Of a stretch of DNA of 64,000 bases, positions 54,546 through 64,000 are shown piece after piece. Position numbers and translations under genes: made by a program. This DNA is from an uncultured virus (IMG/VR IMGVR_UViG_3300006217_000024) (taxonomy: Duplodnaviria; Heunggongvirae; Uroviricota; Caudoviricetes): IMG/VR virus record IMGVR_UViG_3300006217_000024. One strand, given 5' to 3'. The notes under the pieces are model-generated. The model saw nothing but the letters and a program-made list of their open reading frames with translations. It had not been told where the DNA came from and did not search any database. Each line of letters opens with the position of its first letter. Within the stretch, counting starts at the first letter, position 1.

Positions 54546-57500
54546 CGGGCGCGTAGTCATTGACATAACCGGCGATGCGTCCGGATATGAGCGGGCAGTC
54601 AAGGAACTCGGCGCTCGCACACAAAAGCAGCTCTCATCCCTTTCGGGCACCCTCAGCACAGCCGGGGGCGCTCTCACCAAGTACATCACCACGCCAGCCA
54701 TAGGAGCCGCCACCGCCGTTGGCTCCATTTTCGCCCTCAAGGGCTGGCAGCGCCTTGAGGCCATCGACACCGCCAAGTCCAAGCTCAAGGGCCTCGGCTA
54801 CACCGCAGAAGACATAACCTCCATCATGGGCTCGGCCCTCACATCCGTGAAGGGCACTGCCTACGGCCTCGGAGATGCGGCTACCGTGGCCGTGGGTGCA
54901 CTCGCCTCAGGCATCAACAAGGGCGAGGACCTCACGCGTGTCCTCAAGACCATCGGAGACGTGGCCACGATCGCGGGCGGCGACTTCCAGGCCGTTGCCG
55001 CGGTCTTCAACAAGGTCATGAGCAAAGGCAAGCTGCAGGGTGATGAGATCCTCCAGCTCTCAGAGCGCGGCGTGCCCGTGCTCCAGATCTTAGCCAAGCA
55101 CCTCGGCGTCACAGCAGAAAAGGTATCCGAACTCGCATCGAAAGGCGAGATCGACTTCGCCACGTTCGAAGAGGCGATGCGCAGCGCCTTCGGGGGAGCC
55201 GCTCTGGCTTCTGGCGAGTCCATGCGCGGAACCATTGAGAACACCTGGGCGGCAGTAAGTCGCGTGGGAGCCGCCTTCCTTGAGGGCGGCGAGAGCGGAA
55301 AAGGCTTCTTCAATATCCTCAAGCCCCTTCTGGGCGAGCTCACGGGCGATATCGATAGCCTGAGCGAGACTGCAGGCGAGTGGGGCGCGGCCTTCGGAGA
55401 CGTCGTGCTGGACGGCGTTGACCGTATCCGTGAACTGATAGGCGCCTTCAATGAGCTCTACCCCTTCCAAAAGCGTCAGATAGCCCAGGCTGCAGCTATG
55501 GCTGTAGCTGCAGGGCCTGTACTCAAGATCGGATCGAAACTAGTTGCAGGTGCGGGGACCCTTGCCGGAGGACTCTCCAAAACTGCAACCCTGTCGAATC
55601 GGGTCATCACAGCGACCAAGGCTATGGAAGGGGCCTACCGGAAGAACCTGCAGACGCAGAGCCTCTACACCAAGCAGATGGGCAACGGGGCCACCACCTA
55701 TTTCAAGCTGGACAAGGCGACGCAGACCTATGTGAAGACCGACAAGACCCTTCGAGTGTCGCTTCTGAGCACCTCTGCAGGCCACAAGGCACAGGCAGCT
55801 GCGGCCACCATAAGCGCCCGGGCCATGGATGCGGGCAAGGTTGCCGCTCGCGGATTCTCAACAGCGCTCAAGGCTGTGGCACCCATCGCGATCATATCCG
55901 GCGTCATCGCGCTCATCTCAGCCTTTTCCGACTACGCGCAGAAGGCTGAGACCAGCCGACAGGCCACGGAGGGTCTCGAGGCAGCTGCAAGCGGGGCAAC
56001 GATTGCCTTCAACGAAGAAACCGGAGCGATAGAATCCGTCGGAGCAGCCGCGGGCAGCGTGAACCTGGAGCAGATGGCCCAAGAGCATGCCGACCTCGCC
56101 CGCTCCATCACCGAGACCAACCAATCCATGGCAGCCTCCACGGGCATGCTCGCCGGATACGGCGACACTATCGCAGCTCTCGCTGGTCGCACCGATCTGA
56201 CCGAGGAGGAGATCGCCTCCCTCAAGCTAGCAGTGGAAGGCATGAACGACGCCTGCGGCACCTCCTACACCGTAGCCCAAGACATGGACGGCGCTTGGCA
56301 GGTCATGGCGGATGGTGCCATCGTTGCCAAGGATGCCGTTCTCGGCCTCATTGAGGCACAGAAGGCACAGGTCCGCGCTGAGGCCGAGGCAGCCAATTAC
56401 AAAAGCACCTATGAGCAGCTCGCCAAGGATGCGGAGGCCTACGCCTCTGCCCAATCAGATGTCACAGCCAAACAAGAGGCGCTGAACGCCAAGCTGGACG
56501 AGCTGGGCGAGAACAGGTATCTGACCACGACGAACGGCGTGATCGACCTAGCCGAGGCCGAGCAGACAGCGTTGGATGCGGCCAAGGAAGGCCTTGCGGG
56601 TGTGGAGTCGCAGATGGGCTCCACCCAGTCGGCGCTCAATCGCACCGAGGAGCAGATGAAGCTCACTGCCATGGCCGCCGCAGAAGGTGCCAGCGAGATC
56701 TTGAAACTGGTCGATGGCAACCTGCAGATGAAGGCCGCCGTGCAGCAGACCGGCACCGACCTTGTGGGCTTCACGCAAGCGCTCCAGGACATGGGCTTCA
56801 CTGCCGAACAGGTAGCGGCCATGGCCCCCGAACAGGCGGCTGCCATGGCGCAAGGGTGGCAAGGCGGCACCTTGGAGATGATCGCCGCCTGCGAGAAGCT
56901 CGGCATTGAGGTGCCCGGCGCTCTGCGCACCATGGGCGAGCAGGCGCAGGCCGAGGCAGAGGCCGCAGCCCACGCCACAGGACAGAGCATGGCGACGGGG
57001 CTTTCGGCCGAGACTGAGGCGGTCGTGGGAGCCGCTCTCGAACTGACAGGGCTGACTCGCGCCCAGTTTGACAAGATGGCCGCGGAAGCGGGGGTAGAGG
57101 GCAACGAGGCCACTGCTGCCTTCGCCCAGAGCATCGCTGCCGGAGCCTTCGAATCCGGGGACGCCGCTGCCCTCAACGCTGCCCTGGCCGATGAAGGCTT
57201 TGGCTCGGTGAACGAGACAGGCACCGGCAATGAGGCGGCATCCCAGTATTACCAGGCGCTGGGCAGCGCGCGTAACCAGAACGCCAGCACTCGATCAGGC
57301 AAAGCGGACGCACAGGCCGCCTATGACGGCATCTCATCGAAGAACGGCGAGTTCAGGACCTCGGGCAACCACGCAGGCAACAACTTCGCGGACGGCCTTA
57401 GGGGAGCGATAGACGCGGTGACCGGAGCGGCCAACTTCGTCATCGGGGCCGTTGCGTCCATCCTCCAGTTCTCCGTGCCTGAGAAGGGGCCCTTCTCAGG

Positions 57501-57930
57501 GTCAGAGCAAGGCGGCAAGCGAAGCGGCCGACACCTCGTGCAGAACATCGCTGCAGGGATGTTGGCGGGGAGAACGAGTCTCAAAGCGGCCACCGCAACC
57601 ACGGCCGAAGCGCTGATGGACGGTCTTGACCGCGCCATTGCCAACCTCGACGTTCCCGCCGTTGACGTACCCGTAGCGCTGAGCCTGGCGCAGGCTGATC
57701 TGCGCACGCTTTCCGGCTTCGGGTTCGCTGCGGCCATGGAAGACAGATCCGGACGAGGTGAGAGCGCAAGCCTGATCAAGCTCGACCTCTCCCCTGTCAC
57801 GGATGCCCTTGAACGCATAGAGGACCAGATAGAAGCGGCTACGGAAAGAACAGCCGACGCCTATCGCCAGCCCGTTGAGGTCAAGCTGACCGGGCGACAG
57901 ATCGGACGCGTCATCAGGGAGCACGCATGA
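54538..57930 (+). CDS. Tape measure protein
   Basis: About 1130 aa, Ala-rich; SVKGTAYGL, KGKLQGDEILQL, FSVPEKGP. Confidence 0.95.
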   Translation: MSDGRVVIDITGDASGYERAVKELGARTQKQLSSLSGTLSTAGGALTKYITTPAIGAATAVGSIFALKGWQRLEAIDTAKSKLKGLGYTAEDITSIMGSALTSVKGTAYGLGDAATVAVGALASGINKGEDLTRVLKTIGDVATIAGGDFQAVAAVFNKVMSKGKLQGDEILQLSERGVPVLQILAKHLGVTAEKVSELASKGEIDFATFEEAMRSAFGGAALASGESMRGTIENTWAAVSRVGAAFLEGGESGKGFFNILKPLLGELTGDIDSLSETAGEWGAAFGDVVLDGVDRIRELIGAFNELYPFQKRQIAQAAAMAVAAGPVLKIGSKLVAGAGTLAGGLSKTATLSNRVITATKAMEGAYRKNLQTQSLYTKQMGNGATTYFKLDKATQTYVKTDKTLRVSLLSTSAGHKAQAAAATISARAMDAGKVAARGFSTALKAVAPIAIISGVIALISAFSDYAQKAETSRQATEGLEAAASGATIAFNEETGAIESVGAAAGSVNLEQMAQEHADLARSITETNQSMAASTGMLAGYGDTIAALAGRTDLTEEEIASLKLAVEGMNDACGTSYTVAQDMDGAWQVMADGAIVAKDAVLGLIEAQKAQVRAEAEAANYKSTYEQLAKDAEAYASAQSDVTAKQEALNAKLDELGENRYLTTTNGVIDLAEAEQTALDAAKEGLAGVESQMGSTQSALNRTEEQMKLTAMAAAEGASEILKLVDGNLQMKAAVQQTGTDLVGFTQALQDMGFTAEQVAAMAPEQAAAMAQGWQGGTLEMIAACEKLGIEVPGALRTMGEQAQAEAEAAAHATGQSMATGLSAETEAVVGAALELTGLTRAQFDKMAAEAGVEGNEATAAFAQSIAAGAFESGDAAALNAALADEGFGSVNETGTGNEAASQYYQALGSARNQNASTRSGKADAQAAYDGISSKNGEFRTSGNHAGNNFADGLRGAIDAVTGAANFVIGAVASILQFSVPEKGPFSGSEQGGKRSGRHLVQNIAAGMLAGRTSLKAATATTAEALMDGLDRAIANLDVPAVDVPVALSLAQADLRTLSGFGFAAAMEDRSGRGESASLIKLDLSPVTDALERIEDQIEAATERTADAYRQPVEVKLTGRQIGRVIREHA

Positions 57931-58799
57931 TGGATACGAGGATCACCTACACCAACCATCTGGGAGCCTCCATTACCTTCGGAGGCACGGATGAGACGCT
58001 CAACTACCTGGCGCACACCCTACGCAACTACAAATGGGGGTATACCGCCCGCGGAAACAGAATAGAGCGCTTCAAGATGGAACCGAAGGAGGCCACCTTT
58101 CCCGTCGGCATCGCGGCATCAACCGAAGAGGAGGGCTTGCGGCTGCGCAATCACATCCACGCGCTCACGACGGTAGATCGCGCAGCGAAGATTCCCGGAA
58201 GCCTGGAGATCTGCGGATACACGGCTCTGTGCTACGTCATAGGGGCCGTGCCTACGAACTACTGGATGGATGACCGCTTCGCCGAGATCACCCTGACCAT
58301 CCTCCTACCCGAAGGTCTCTGGACGCGCGAGACGCTCCATCACTTCACCCCAGAGATGTCTACCGGGTTCGGCTCAGGCGTGGATTTCCCCTTCGAGTTC
58401 CCCTTCGACCTGGCGGCCTCCAGACCTCCCCGAGCGATCACGAACGATGCCACAGGAGCGGGTCCTTTCATCTGGCGCGTCTTCGGACCCGCGCGCGACC
58501 CCTACTTCAAAGCGAACGACGACGTCCATCAGGTCAACGTGGTCTTGAGAAACGGCGAGAGGCTTGAGGTGGACTCACGCCCCGGCAAGCGCCGCGCGAT
58601 CAAGCTGAGTGCAGCAGGAGAGGTCACCGATGTTTTCCATCTACGTCTTCGGGGCAGCCTCGGCAGCGGCAGCTACCTCTACGAGCCGATCCCGTCCGGG
58701 CGCGTCTCGTTCTCCTGGGATAACGGCTACGCTTTCGATCTTGTGCTCATCGACCAGACAGACACGCCCCCTTGGCTGCCCTTCGAGGGGGAACTCTGA
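57927..58799 (+). CDS. Distal tail protein (Dit-like)
   Basis: DFPFEFPFD; counterpart of 17881. Confidence 0.8.
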   Translation: MMDTRITYTNHLGASITFGGTDETLNYLAHTLRNYKWGYTARGNRIERFKMEPKEATFPVGIAASTEEEGLRLRNHIHALTTVDRAAKIPGSLEICGYTALCYVIGAVPTNYWMDDRFAEITLTILLPEGLWTRETLHHFTPEMSTGFGSGVDFPFEFPFDLAASRPPRAITNDATGAGPFIWRVFGPARDPYFKANDDVHQVNVVLRNGERLEVDSRPGKRRAIKLSAAGEVTDVFHLRLRGSLGSGSYLYEPIPSGRVSFSWDNGYAFDLVLIDQTDTPPWLPFEGEL

Positions 58800-59785
58800 T
58801 GGCGCTCGTCATCACGGACAAGGCGGGGCAGGACCTGCGGGAGCTGGAGGATGTTGATTTCGATCTGGCCTACGGCAGCGAGGAGAACGACTGGGAGCTC
58901 GTCATCGACACCGCCTCCGATATCCGCCTAGAGCCACGAGCGCGGATATACATGGAGGGGACCGAATATATCGGCATCTATGACGGACGCGAGGTGGACA
59001 CTGGCGAGAAGACGATCACCTATACCGGTAGGACATGGAGCGGGGTGCTTGCCTCCAGGTTCCTGATCCCAGACACAGGAAGCGATTACATCACCTACCA
59101 GCAAGACGCGAACCGTCTCATCGAATGGGCGATCACGCGCTTGGGCCTGGGCGAGTTCTTCAGGGCCCGCACAAGTGACGCCGGAATCGTCGTGACCGGA
59201 AGGTTCGACCGCTTTGCCGACGGGTATGCGGGGCTTTGCAAGGCTCTCTCCTCTGGCGGCGCGAAACTCAAGGCGATCTATGACGGTGAGCGCGTAGAGC
59301 TTTACGCCCTTCCGGTCGCCCGCTACACCGAGGGAGAGGCCCTTGACGCGGATGAGATCACGCTTGTGATCAAGCAGAACCGAGGGTGCGTGAACCATCT
59401 GATCTGTGCGGGAAAGGGTGAACTGCGGGACCGCATCGTGGTGCATCTCTACGCCGATCGCAAGCATCGGATATCACGCACCCAGACCCTGTTCGGCGTG
59501 GATGAGGTTGCCGAGTTCTACGACTACAGCAACGCCGAGGAGGCAGATCTGTTAGAGAAGGGCATCGCCAAGCTGCAGGAGTATCAAGAGACCAGCGAGA
59601 TGGTGGAGGTCACGATCAACAGCGAACGCGAGCTCGATATAGGGGACGTGGTGGGTGCTACTGATCCAGAGACAGGGCTTGCCGCCACAGCGACAGTAAC
59701 CAAGAAGATCGTGACAAGCGATGGGGAGACATGGACGGCAGAGTACAAGGCCTCGGCCGCTGCCACAGTCAGCATAGCCGCCTGA
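58799..59785 (+). CDS. Baseplate hub / Gp37-like minor tail protein
   Basis: GRTWSG, AGKGELRDR, LDIGDVVG. Confidence 0.75.
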   Translation: MALVITDKAGQDLRELEDVDFDLAYGSEENDWELVIDTASDIRLEPRARIYMEGTEYIGIYDGREVDTGEKTITYTGRTWSGVLASRFLIPDTGSDYITYQQDANRLIEWAITRLGLGEFFRARTSDAGIVVTGRFDRFADGYAGLCKALSSGGAKLKAIYDGERVELYALPVARYTEGEALDADEITLVIKQNRGCVNHLICAGKGELRDRIVVHLYADRKHRISRTQTLFGVDEVAEFYDYSNAEEADLLEKGIAKLQEYQETSEMVEVTINSERELDIGDVVGATDPETGLAATATVTKKIVTSDGETWTAEYKASAAATVSIAA

Positions 59786-59804
59786 GTGACACCAGGCGCA
59801 TGAT
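59786..59804 (+). promoter_or_regulatory. Candidate late promoter before tail-fibre genes
   Basis: GTGACAC-CAGGCGC-ATGAT. Confidence 0.6.
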
Positions 59805-59833
59805 GGAGGCGAAACGCGAAGGAAGGACAGGAT

Positions 59834-60070
59834 ATGGGTGTTACTTCTGGATACTCAGAGTACGTATGCGAGGGCTGCGACGAGCTGGCCATGATCAAGG
59901 ACGATGACAACACCGCCAAGAACAAGTGGCAGGAGATCGAGCGTGTGACCGCTGATGGGCAGCACATCAAGCGGATGCTGTGCGAGAAGTGCCGCAAGGC
60001 CTACAGCCCCTTTGCTGCTGAACAGGACGCCGCCTTCAACGCCTTCATGGCCTCTCGCAGGAGCGCATGA
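59834..60070 (+). CDS. Small zinc-finger-like protein before tail fibre
   Basis: CEGC...LCEKCRK. Confidence 0.65.
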   Translation: MGVTSGYSEYVCEGCDELAMIKDDDNTAKNKWQEIERVTADGQHIKRMLCEKCRKAYSPFAAEQDAAFNAFMASRRSA

Positions 60071-60918
60071 TGGAGATCGTAACCGGCTTCCAGGGGAAGA
60101 ACCACGTCACCGCCCAGCAGCTCTCTCGCCTGATCTCCGGCTTAGCAGGAGACGAGACCTATGTCCTTGACACGCAGGACCAGCTGGCGATAGAAGTTGT
60201 CTCAGCCAACAAGGTGACCATAGCCACAGGCGATCTGATTGCTCAAGGCACCTACTTCACCAACGAGGCCCCCGAGGATCTGGTGATCGAGAACGGCGTA
60301 ACGGGTCTGAACCGCAACGATCTCATCGTCTGCAGGTACGAGAAGGCGGAACCTGCAGTCGACGAAGATGGGAATCCGGACTACACGATTCCGCGTATCG
60401 AAAGCGGTGACTGGGCTGTGGTGAAAGGCACGCCCTCCTCAGGCACCCCAGAAGACCCGTCGGTCGTCACTGCATCCCTTCAGGATCCGAACACGTCCCT
60501 GGCAGAGTTCCCCGTTTACCGTATTCCGATACGCGGGCTGTCTGTAGGGACACCCGAGCGGATACCCCCGGTGATCCCCTCTATGCGTGAAGCTTGTGAT
60601 TCCCTATCACAAACGCTCGAAGGCACATGGCAGCGCATCTCTGGAGGCAAGGGAAACGGACAGTGGTTCAATAGTCCGCTTCTTGGCGCCACGAAAATCA
60701 TCCTCGCAGTCGAACATGATGCTCACGAGTCATTGATTGTTTGGCGCACGGTCACCCTCGAAGAGCTGGAGCAGGCGAACGCATCAAATCCAGTGGTTGT
60801 ATCATCCTTGATCGAGCCGCAGACCTACTCCATCTCAGCATACATTTCGAATGGAAACATATATGGAAAGAACGCAAATCCGAACTTTGCGACAGTATGG
60901 ATCTATGGACTCGTGTAG
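60067..60918 (+). CDS. Tail fibre/receptor-binding protein: constant N-terminus plus switchable cassette A' (105 aa)
   Basis: Similar to 19943 up to CDSLSQ; core at 60600-60606. Confidence 0.85.
   Translation: MMEIVTGFQGKNHVTAQQLSRLISGLAGDETYVLDTQDQLAIEVVSANKVTIATGDLIAQGTYFTNEAPEDLVIENGVTGLNRNDLIVCRYEKAEPAVDEDGNPDYTIPRIESGDWAVVKGTPSSGTPEDPSVVTASLQDPNTSLAEFPVYRIPIRGLSVGTPERIPPVIPSMREACDSLSQTLEGTWQRISGGKGNGQWFNSPLLGATKIILAVEHDAHESLIVWRTVTLEELEQANASNPVVVSSLIEPQTYSISAYISNGNIYGKNANPNFATVWIYGLV
60594..60612 (+). repeat. Recombination site S1': TTGTGA-TTCCCTA-TCACAA
   Basis: Same core and inverted arms as S1. Confidence 0.85.
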
Positions 60919-61196
60919 ATGGTCATATGGCATAGGGGGATGCAGAGCAGATCAACCGTTGGGCGAACCGTATGCGCGCCGCTTATGAGATTCCTAATAC
61001 GTCCAGATATAGCATTCTCATAGAGAAGACATCTGGTTATCACGGCATCGGCTGAATACGAATCAAACCCCGCGATACCCATTACCCTGTAGTCTTCCTG
61101 GATCTTCGTGATGTCGACGGAAAAGACCTCGGCACCGTTAGGCCTAAGGGCAATATCACCCGCCGCAACACTGATTCTGGTGGACTGTAATAGGGA
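60903..61196 (-). CDS. Silent tail-fibre cassette B' (97 aa, no start codon; absent from ORF track)
   Basis: Open from core: SLLQSTRISVAAGDIAL...VDLLCIPLCHMTIYTSP*. Confidence 0.78.
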   Translation of the reverse strand, partial: SLLQSTRISVAAGDIALRPNGAEVFSVDITKIQEDYRVMGIAGFDSYSADAVITRCLLYENAISGRIRNLISGAHTVRPTVDLLCIPLCHMTIYTSP

Positions 61197-61203
61197 ATAA
61201 CTA
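61185..61203 (-). repeat. Recombination site S2': TAGTTA-TTCCCTA-TTACAG (core 61191-61197)
   Basis: Matches S2 over both arms. Confidence 0.85.
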
Positions 61204-61386
61204 CAATGTGCGACTCATTATCGTTTTCCCGTTTTTCTGGATAGTAATCTGCGCGTATTCGCTTTGCGCCCATAGCTGCCCATACAGGTCTCCGTTTGTT
61301 ATGCCTATTTGAAAAGCTTTATCAGTCACGGCAAATGTCAGTCTGCTGAGTTTGCTAATGAGTGTCTGTACTTCTTGCGATAGGGA
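61201..61386 (-). CDS. Silent tail-fibre cassette D (same as prophage 1)
   Basis: SLSQEVQTL...MSRTL*; core at 61381-61387. Confidence 0.8.
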   Translation of the reverse strand, partial: SLSQEVQTLISKLSRLTFAVTDKAFQIGITNGDLYGQLWAQSEYAQITIQKNGKTIMSRTL

Positions 61387-61387
61387 A

Positions 61388-62098
61388 TCACGCGGCCATC
61401 GGAAGCTCTCTCGCCGGTTGCGGTGCAGGCTGTGGCGGGATGATGCCCTTGTACATGTCATCGCAGCTTTTACCAAGCACCAATCGGGCAAGCCTGCGCT
61501 GCACCCGTCGCTTGGTCGCAGCAGTGATCTCCATGTAGTATCGGTAGCAGGTCTGGATATTGCTGTGTCCCATCATCTCAGCCACGTGCTCAATGGCTGC
61601 TCCGGCCTTGATCTCTACCGCACCAGTGCGCCAGTCGATGGATTCCCAGCTGAGATAGTAGTTCTCGGAGGGACGCAACCCCAAGGCGCTCTGCAGGATT
61701 AAGGTCGGTTCAAATAGATGTCCGACAAAGCCGCGGATAAGCTTTTTCAGGCGACGCTGCGTAAGCGTGTTGAGAGGCTCTTGAGGCTTTTGGGTAATCT
61801 CGATCCTCCGTGTGGGGTCTATGGCCTCCAAGCCCTCATCTATCGCCCACCGGATGATCTGTCTGAGGCATTTGTACGCCTTCTCTGCGCCTGATGGTCC
61901 GCGCAATGGTGTCAACTCGTCAACCCACGCTTGCACATCCTTACGCGTGATCTCGCTAACCCTGAGCGCACCCCAGCGTGGCAATACGTGACGGTTGATG
62001 GATGACTCGTAGCCGTAAACGGTATCGGGCTTTCTGCGCTCACGTTTCTCGGTGAGGTAGTCATTGCAAATCTCGGTGATGGTGCTCAGTTCGTACAT
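61388..62098 (-). CDS. Tyrosine recombinase with internal deletion (same as 21545-22255)
   Basis: Identical translation. Confidence 0.85.
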   Translation of the reverse strand: MYELSTITEICNDYLTEKRERRKPDTVYGYESSINRHVLPRWGALRVSEITRKDVQAWVDELTPLRGPSGAEKAYKCLRQIIRWAIDEGLEAIDPTRRIEITQKPQEPLNTLTQRRLKKLIRGFVGHLFEPTLILQSALGLRPSENYYLSWESIDWRTGAVEIKAGAAIEHVAEMMGHSNIQTCYRYYMEITAATKRRVQRRLARLVLGKSCDDMYKGIIPPQPAPQPARELPMAA

Positions 62099-62185
62099 AG
62101 CTCCTCCTTTGAGTGACAGCAGGCGCATCATCTGAGATGCGACATGTGGAGGATTATGTGGCCGTCACGAGCGAAAGGAGAGATT

Positions 62186-62623
62186 GTGGACTGGGTTACA
62201 GCAATAGCCTGGCAGCCGATTTTGGTGATAGTCGTGCTGATGGCGTTCGACATCATCACCGGCTTCGGCGGAGCCGCAAAGGAGGGTGTCATCCAATCAG
62301 GCAAGATGCGCGAGGGGCTATGGCATAAAGCGGGATTCCTGGGGTTGGTCGTCCTTGCGATCATCTGGGAAGTCGCGGTGCTGTGGATCAATTTCGACGC
62401 CTATCTAAAGGGCGCGGGCACCATCGTGCCGGAGTTCCCGGCGGTTTCCGTTGTGTGCGCATTCATAGCCTTGATCGAACTAATAAGCATCGTCGAGAAC
62501 CTATGCGTACTCAACCCATCGATCGCGACTCTGCCCTTCATAAAGCAGCTGAAGGCTCACGATCCAGCGGCCCCGGACATCAAGGTCGAGGTTGATGACG
62601 GCGACACACGCACAGACGAGTAG
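62186..62623 (+). CDS. Holin
   Basis: Identical to 22343-22780. Confidence 0.9.
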   Translation: MDWVTAIAWQPILVIVVLMAFDIITGFGGAAKEGVIQSGKMREGLWHKAGFLGLVVLAIIWEVAVLWINFDAYLKGAGTIVPEFPAVSVVCAFIALIELISIVENLCVLNPSIATLPFIKQLKAHDPAAPDIKVEVDDGDTRTDE

Positions 62624-62903
62624 CCCTACAGCCAGTCAAGAGCGGCGCGTGATGCTGATCGCGGCGCTGCTTGCCTTTGGTATGGTGGCCCTTGTCATGG
62701 CCATACGCCTCGGGTCGTGGTTTCTCGCGCCCGCTGAGGTGCCACCAGAGCCAGAGACGCTCCCTGCTGTTGATCTGCCCCTCCTCACGCCCCTGCAGCG
62801 CGAGGAGGCCCGCAGAAGCGGCGTGGGTGCTTATGAGTTTGACGGCATGTGGTATGTAAACGCGGCTTTGCCGCCTGAACACTGGGAGGACTGGATTGGC
62901 TAA
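62592..62903 (+). CDS. Membrane-anchored protein in lysis module
   Basis: Identical to 22749-23060. Confidence 0.55.
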   Translation: MMTATHAQTSSPTASQERRVMLIAALLAFGMVALVMAIRLGSWFLAPAEVPPEPETLPAVDLPLLTPLQREEARRSGVGAYEFDGMWYVNAALPPEHWEDWIG

Positions 62904-63738
62904 GCTATACATCATCTGCGGCCATGGAGCAGGGGACCCTGGAGCCTGCGCGGCAGGCCAGACCGAGGAGGAGCGCGTCCGTGCGCTGGCGGCGATCATC
63001 AAAGAGCGCGGCGGCGCGGATGTGGAAGTGCTTGACACATCACGCAACTGGTACGTGGATGGCGGCATCAACAGTCTCACGTTGCCAGAGGGCGCTATGC
63101 TGTTGGAGCTGCATCGTGATTGGGCGGGAGAGAGCGCACGCGGTGCCCACGTGATCATCTATGCGGGCTTCGAGGCCGATGACTTCGATAAAGCCCTGGC
63201 ATCCAAGCTGTCCGCCATCCTTCCGGGACGTTCGCAGACCATCGTGAAGCGCAGCGATCTGGCAAACCCGAAGCGTGCTGCCAGACGCGGCATCAACTAC
63301 CGCCTCGTCGAGGTGGGCTTCATCTCCAACGCTGAAGACCGCAACATTTTCGACACGCGCATCACCGACATCGCTGACGCCATTCTGGCGGCAGCTGACA
63401 TCAGCATCCTGGCAACGAACCCACAGCCTGCTCAACCTGCCCCTACGCCGTCCAGCCCATCGGCATCTAGCTCGGCCGAGAAAGCTGGCTCTGGTTTCGG
63501 CGGCACCTATCGCTGCACCGTCTCCAAGCTCAACGTGCGGGACGCTCCGGGCCTCAGCGGAAACATCGTCACCAGCTATGCCAAGGGACAGACAGTCGTG
63601 CTCGATGATTGGTACGTATCACGAGATGGATACATCTGGGGACGTTACACAGGTGCTCAGAGTGGCAAGTTGCGGTATGTGGCTGTTGGCCGTGCCACCG
63701 GCAAACCAGAGCCGGATGACTATCTGATAAAGGTCTAG
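62896..63738 (+). CDS. Endolysin: amidase plus SH3-like domain
   Basis: GHGAGDPGA, ELHRD, LVEVGFISN, LNVRDAPG; diverges from the prophage 1 copy after about codon 9. Confidence 0.92.
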   Translation: MAKLYIICGHGAGDPGACAAGQTEEERVRALAAIIKERGGADVEVLDTSRNWYVDGGINSLTLPEGAMLLELHRDWAGESARGAHVIIYAGFEADDFDKALASKLSAILPGRSQTIVKRSDLANPKRAARRGINYRLVEVGFISNAEDRNIFDTRITDIADAILAAADISILATNPQPAQPAPTPSSPSASSSAEKAGSGFGGTYRCTVSKLNVRDAPGLSGNIVTSYAKGQTVVLDDWYVSRDGYIWGRYTGAQSGKLRYVAVGRATGKPEPDDYLIKV

Positions 63739-64000
63739 CTGTCCAGCTCTCTGAGGTAGATGTGGATGATGGGGACGGTGCCCATTATCATCTCGTCGGT
63801 GGACACGGTGGCATCATCCATCTTCGAGGCTGGGTAGGTGTGCGTTCCGAAGCGCACCATGTCCTCGCCCCGCTTGGACACGAACGGCTCAAGCTGCTCG
63901 TTGTGCAAGAGAGCGTACTGACGAGGTGTGATCTTGACGAAATCATAGGTGGGGATGTCTGTTGTGTAGACCTCCCGCCTTATGTCGATGACCTCATACG
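63735..64000 (-). CDS. Partial hypothetical protein (5' end outside window)
   Basis: Open frame ...YEVIDIRREVY...IHIYLRELDS*, converging on endolysin. Confidence 0.55.
   Translation of the reverse strand, partial: YEVIDIRREVYTTDIPTYDFVKITPRQYALLHNEQLEPFVSKRGEDMVRFGTHTYPASKMDDATVSTDEMIMGTVPIIHIYLRELDS

Larger units (their letters stand above)
61191..62921 (+). repeat. Second copy of the 1731-bp block (21348-23078)
   Basis: Identical translations at offset 39843. Confidence 0.92.
24757..64000 (+). mobile_element. Prophage 2 (nearly complete; right end outside window)
   Basis: att, integrase, repressor, replication, packaging, head, tail and lysis modules in order. Confidence 0.95.

Overview
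The window is entirely prophage DNA: two siphovirus-type prophages in tandem, probably in a high-GC actinobacterial host (Coriobacteriia-like; inferred, not shown). Prophage 1 (1-24783) is present from its late-early genes through packaging, head, tail and lysis. A 3' fragment of a tRNA (probably Ser; 24757-24783) with candidate integrase arm-type repeats marks the junction. Prophage 2 (24757 to beyond 64000) is nearly complete: integrase, Abi-like HEPN gene, CI/Cro, a PolA-type replication module with an intein, structural genes and lysis. The main result is a shufflon-like tail-fibre switching system in both prophages. A 7-bp core TTCCCTA sits in frame inside each tail-fibre gene (D-S-L). 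The same core precedes start-less alternative C-terminal cassettes on the opposite strand (three in prophage 1, two in prophage 2), next to a tyrosine recombinase gene. The two otherwise divergent phages share an apparently identical 1.73 kb block (cassette, recombinase, holin) whose left edge falls exactly on a crossover core. The recombinase has an internal deletion that removes part of its catalytic domain. Other points: a GAC(A/G)C-N7-A-N3-T late-promoter motif; candidate anti-Shine-Dalgarno small RNAs before both terminases; TerS-TerL fusions; toxin-like C-termini on both minor capsid proteins; a poly-C-frameshifted methyltransferase; and a 6-nt stop-containing insertion in the SNF2 helicase Walker A motif. 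All assignments are by eye, without database searches.
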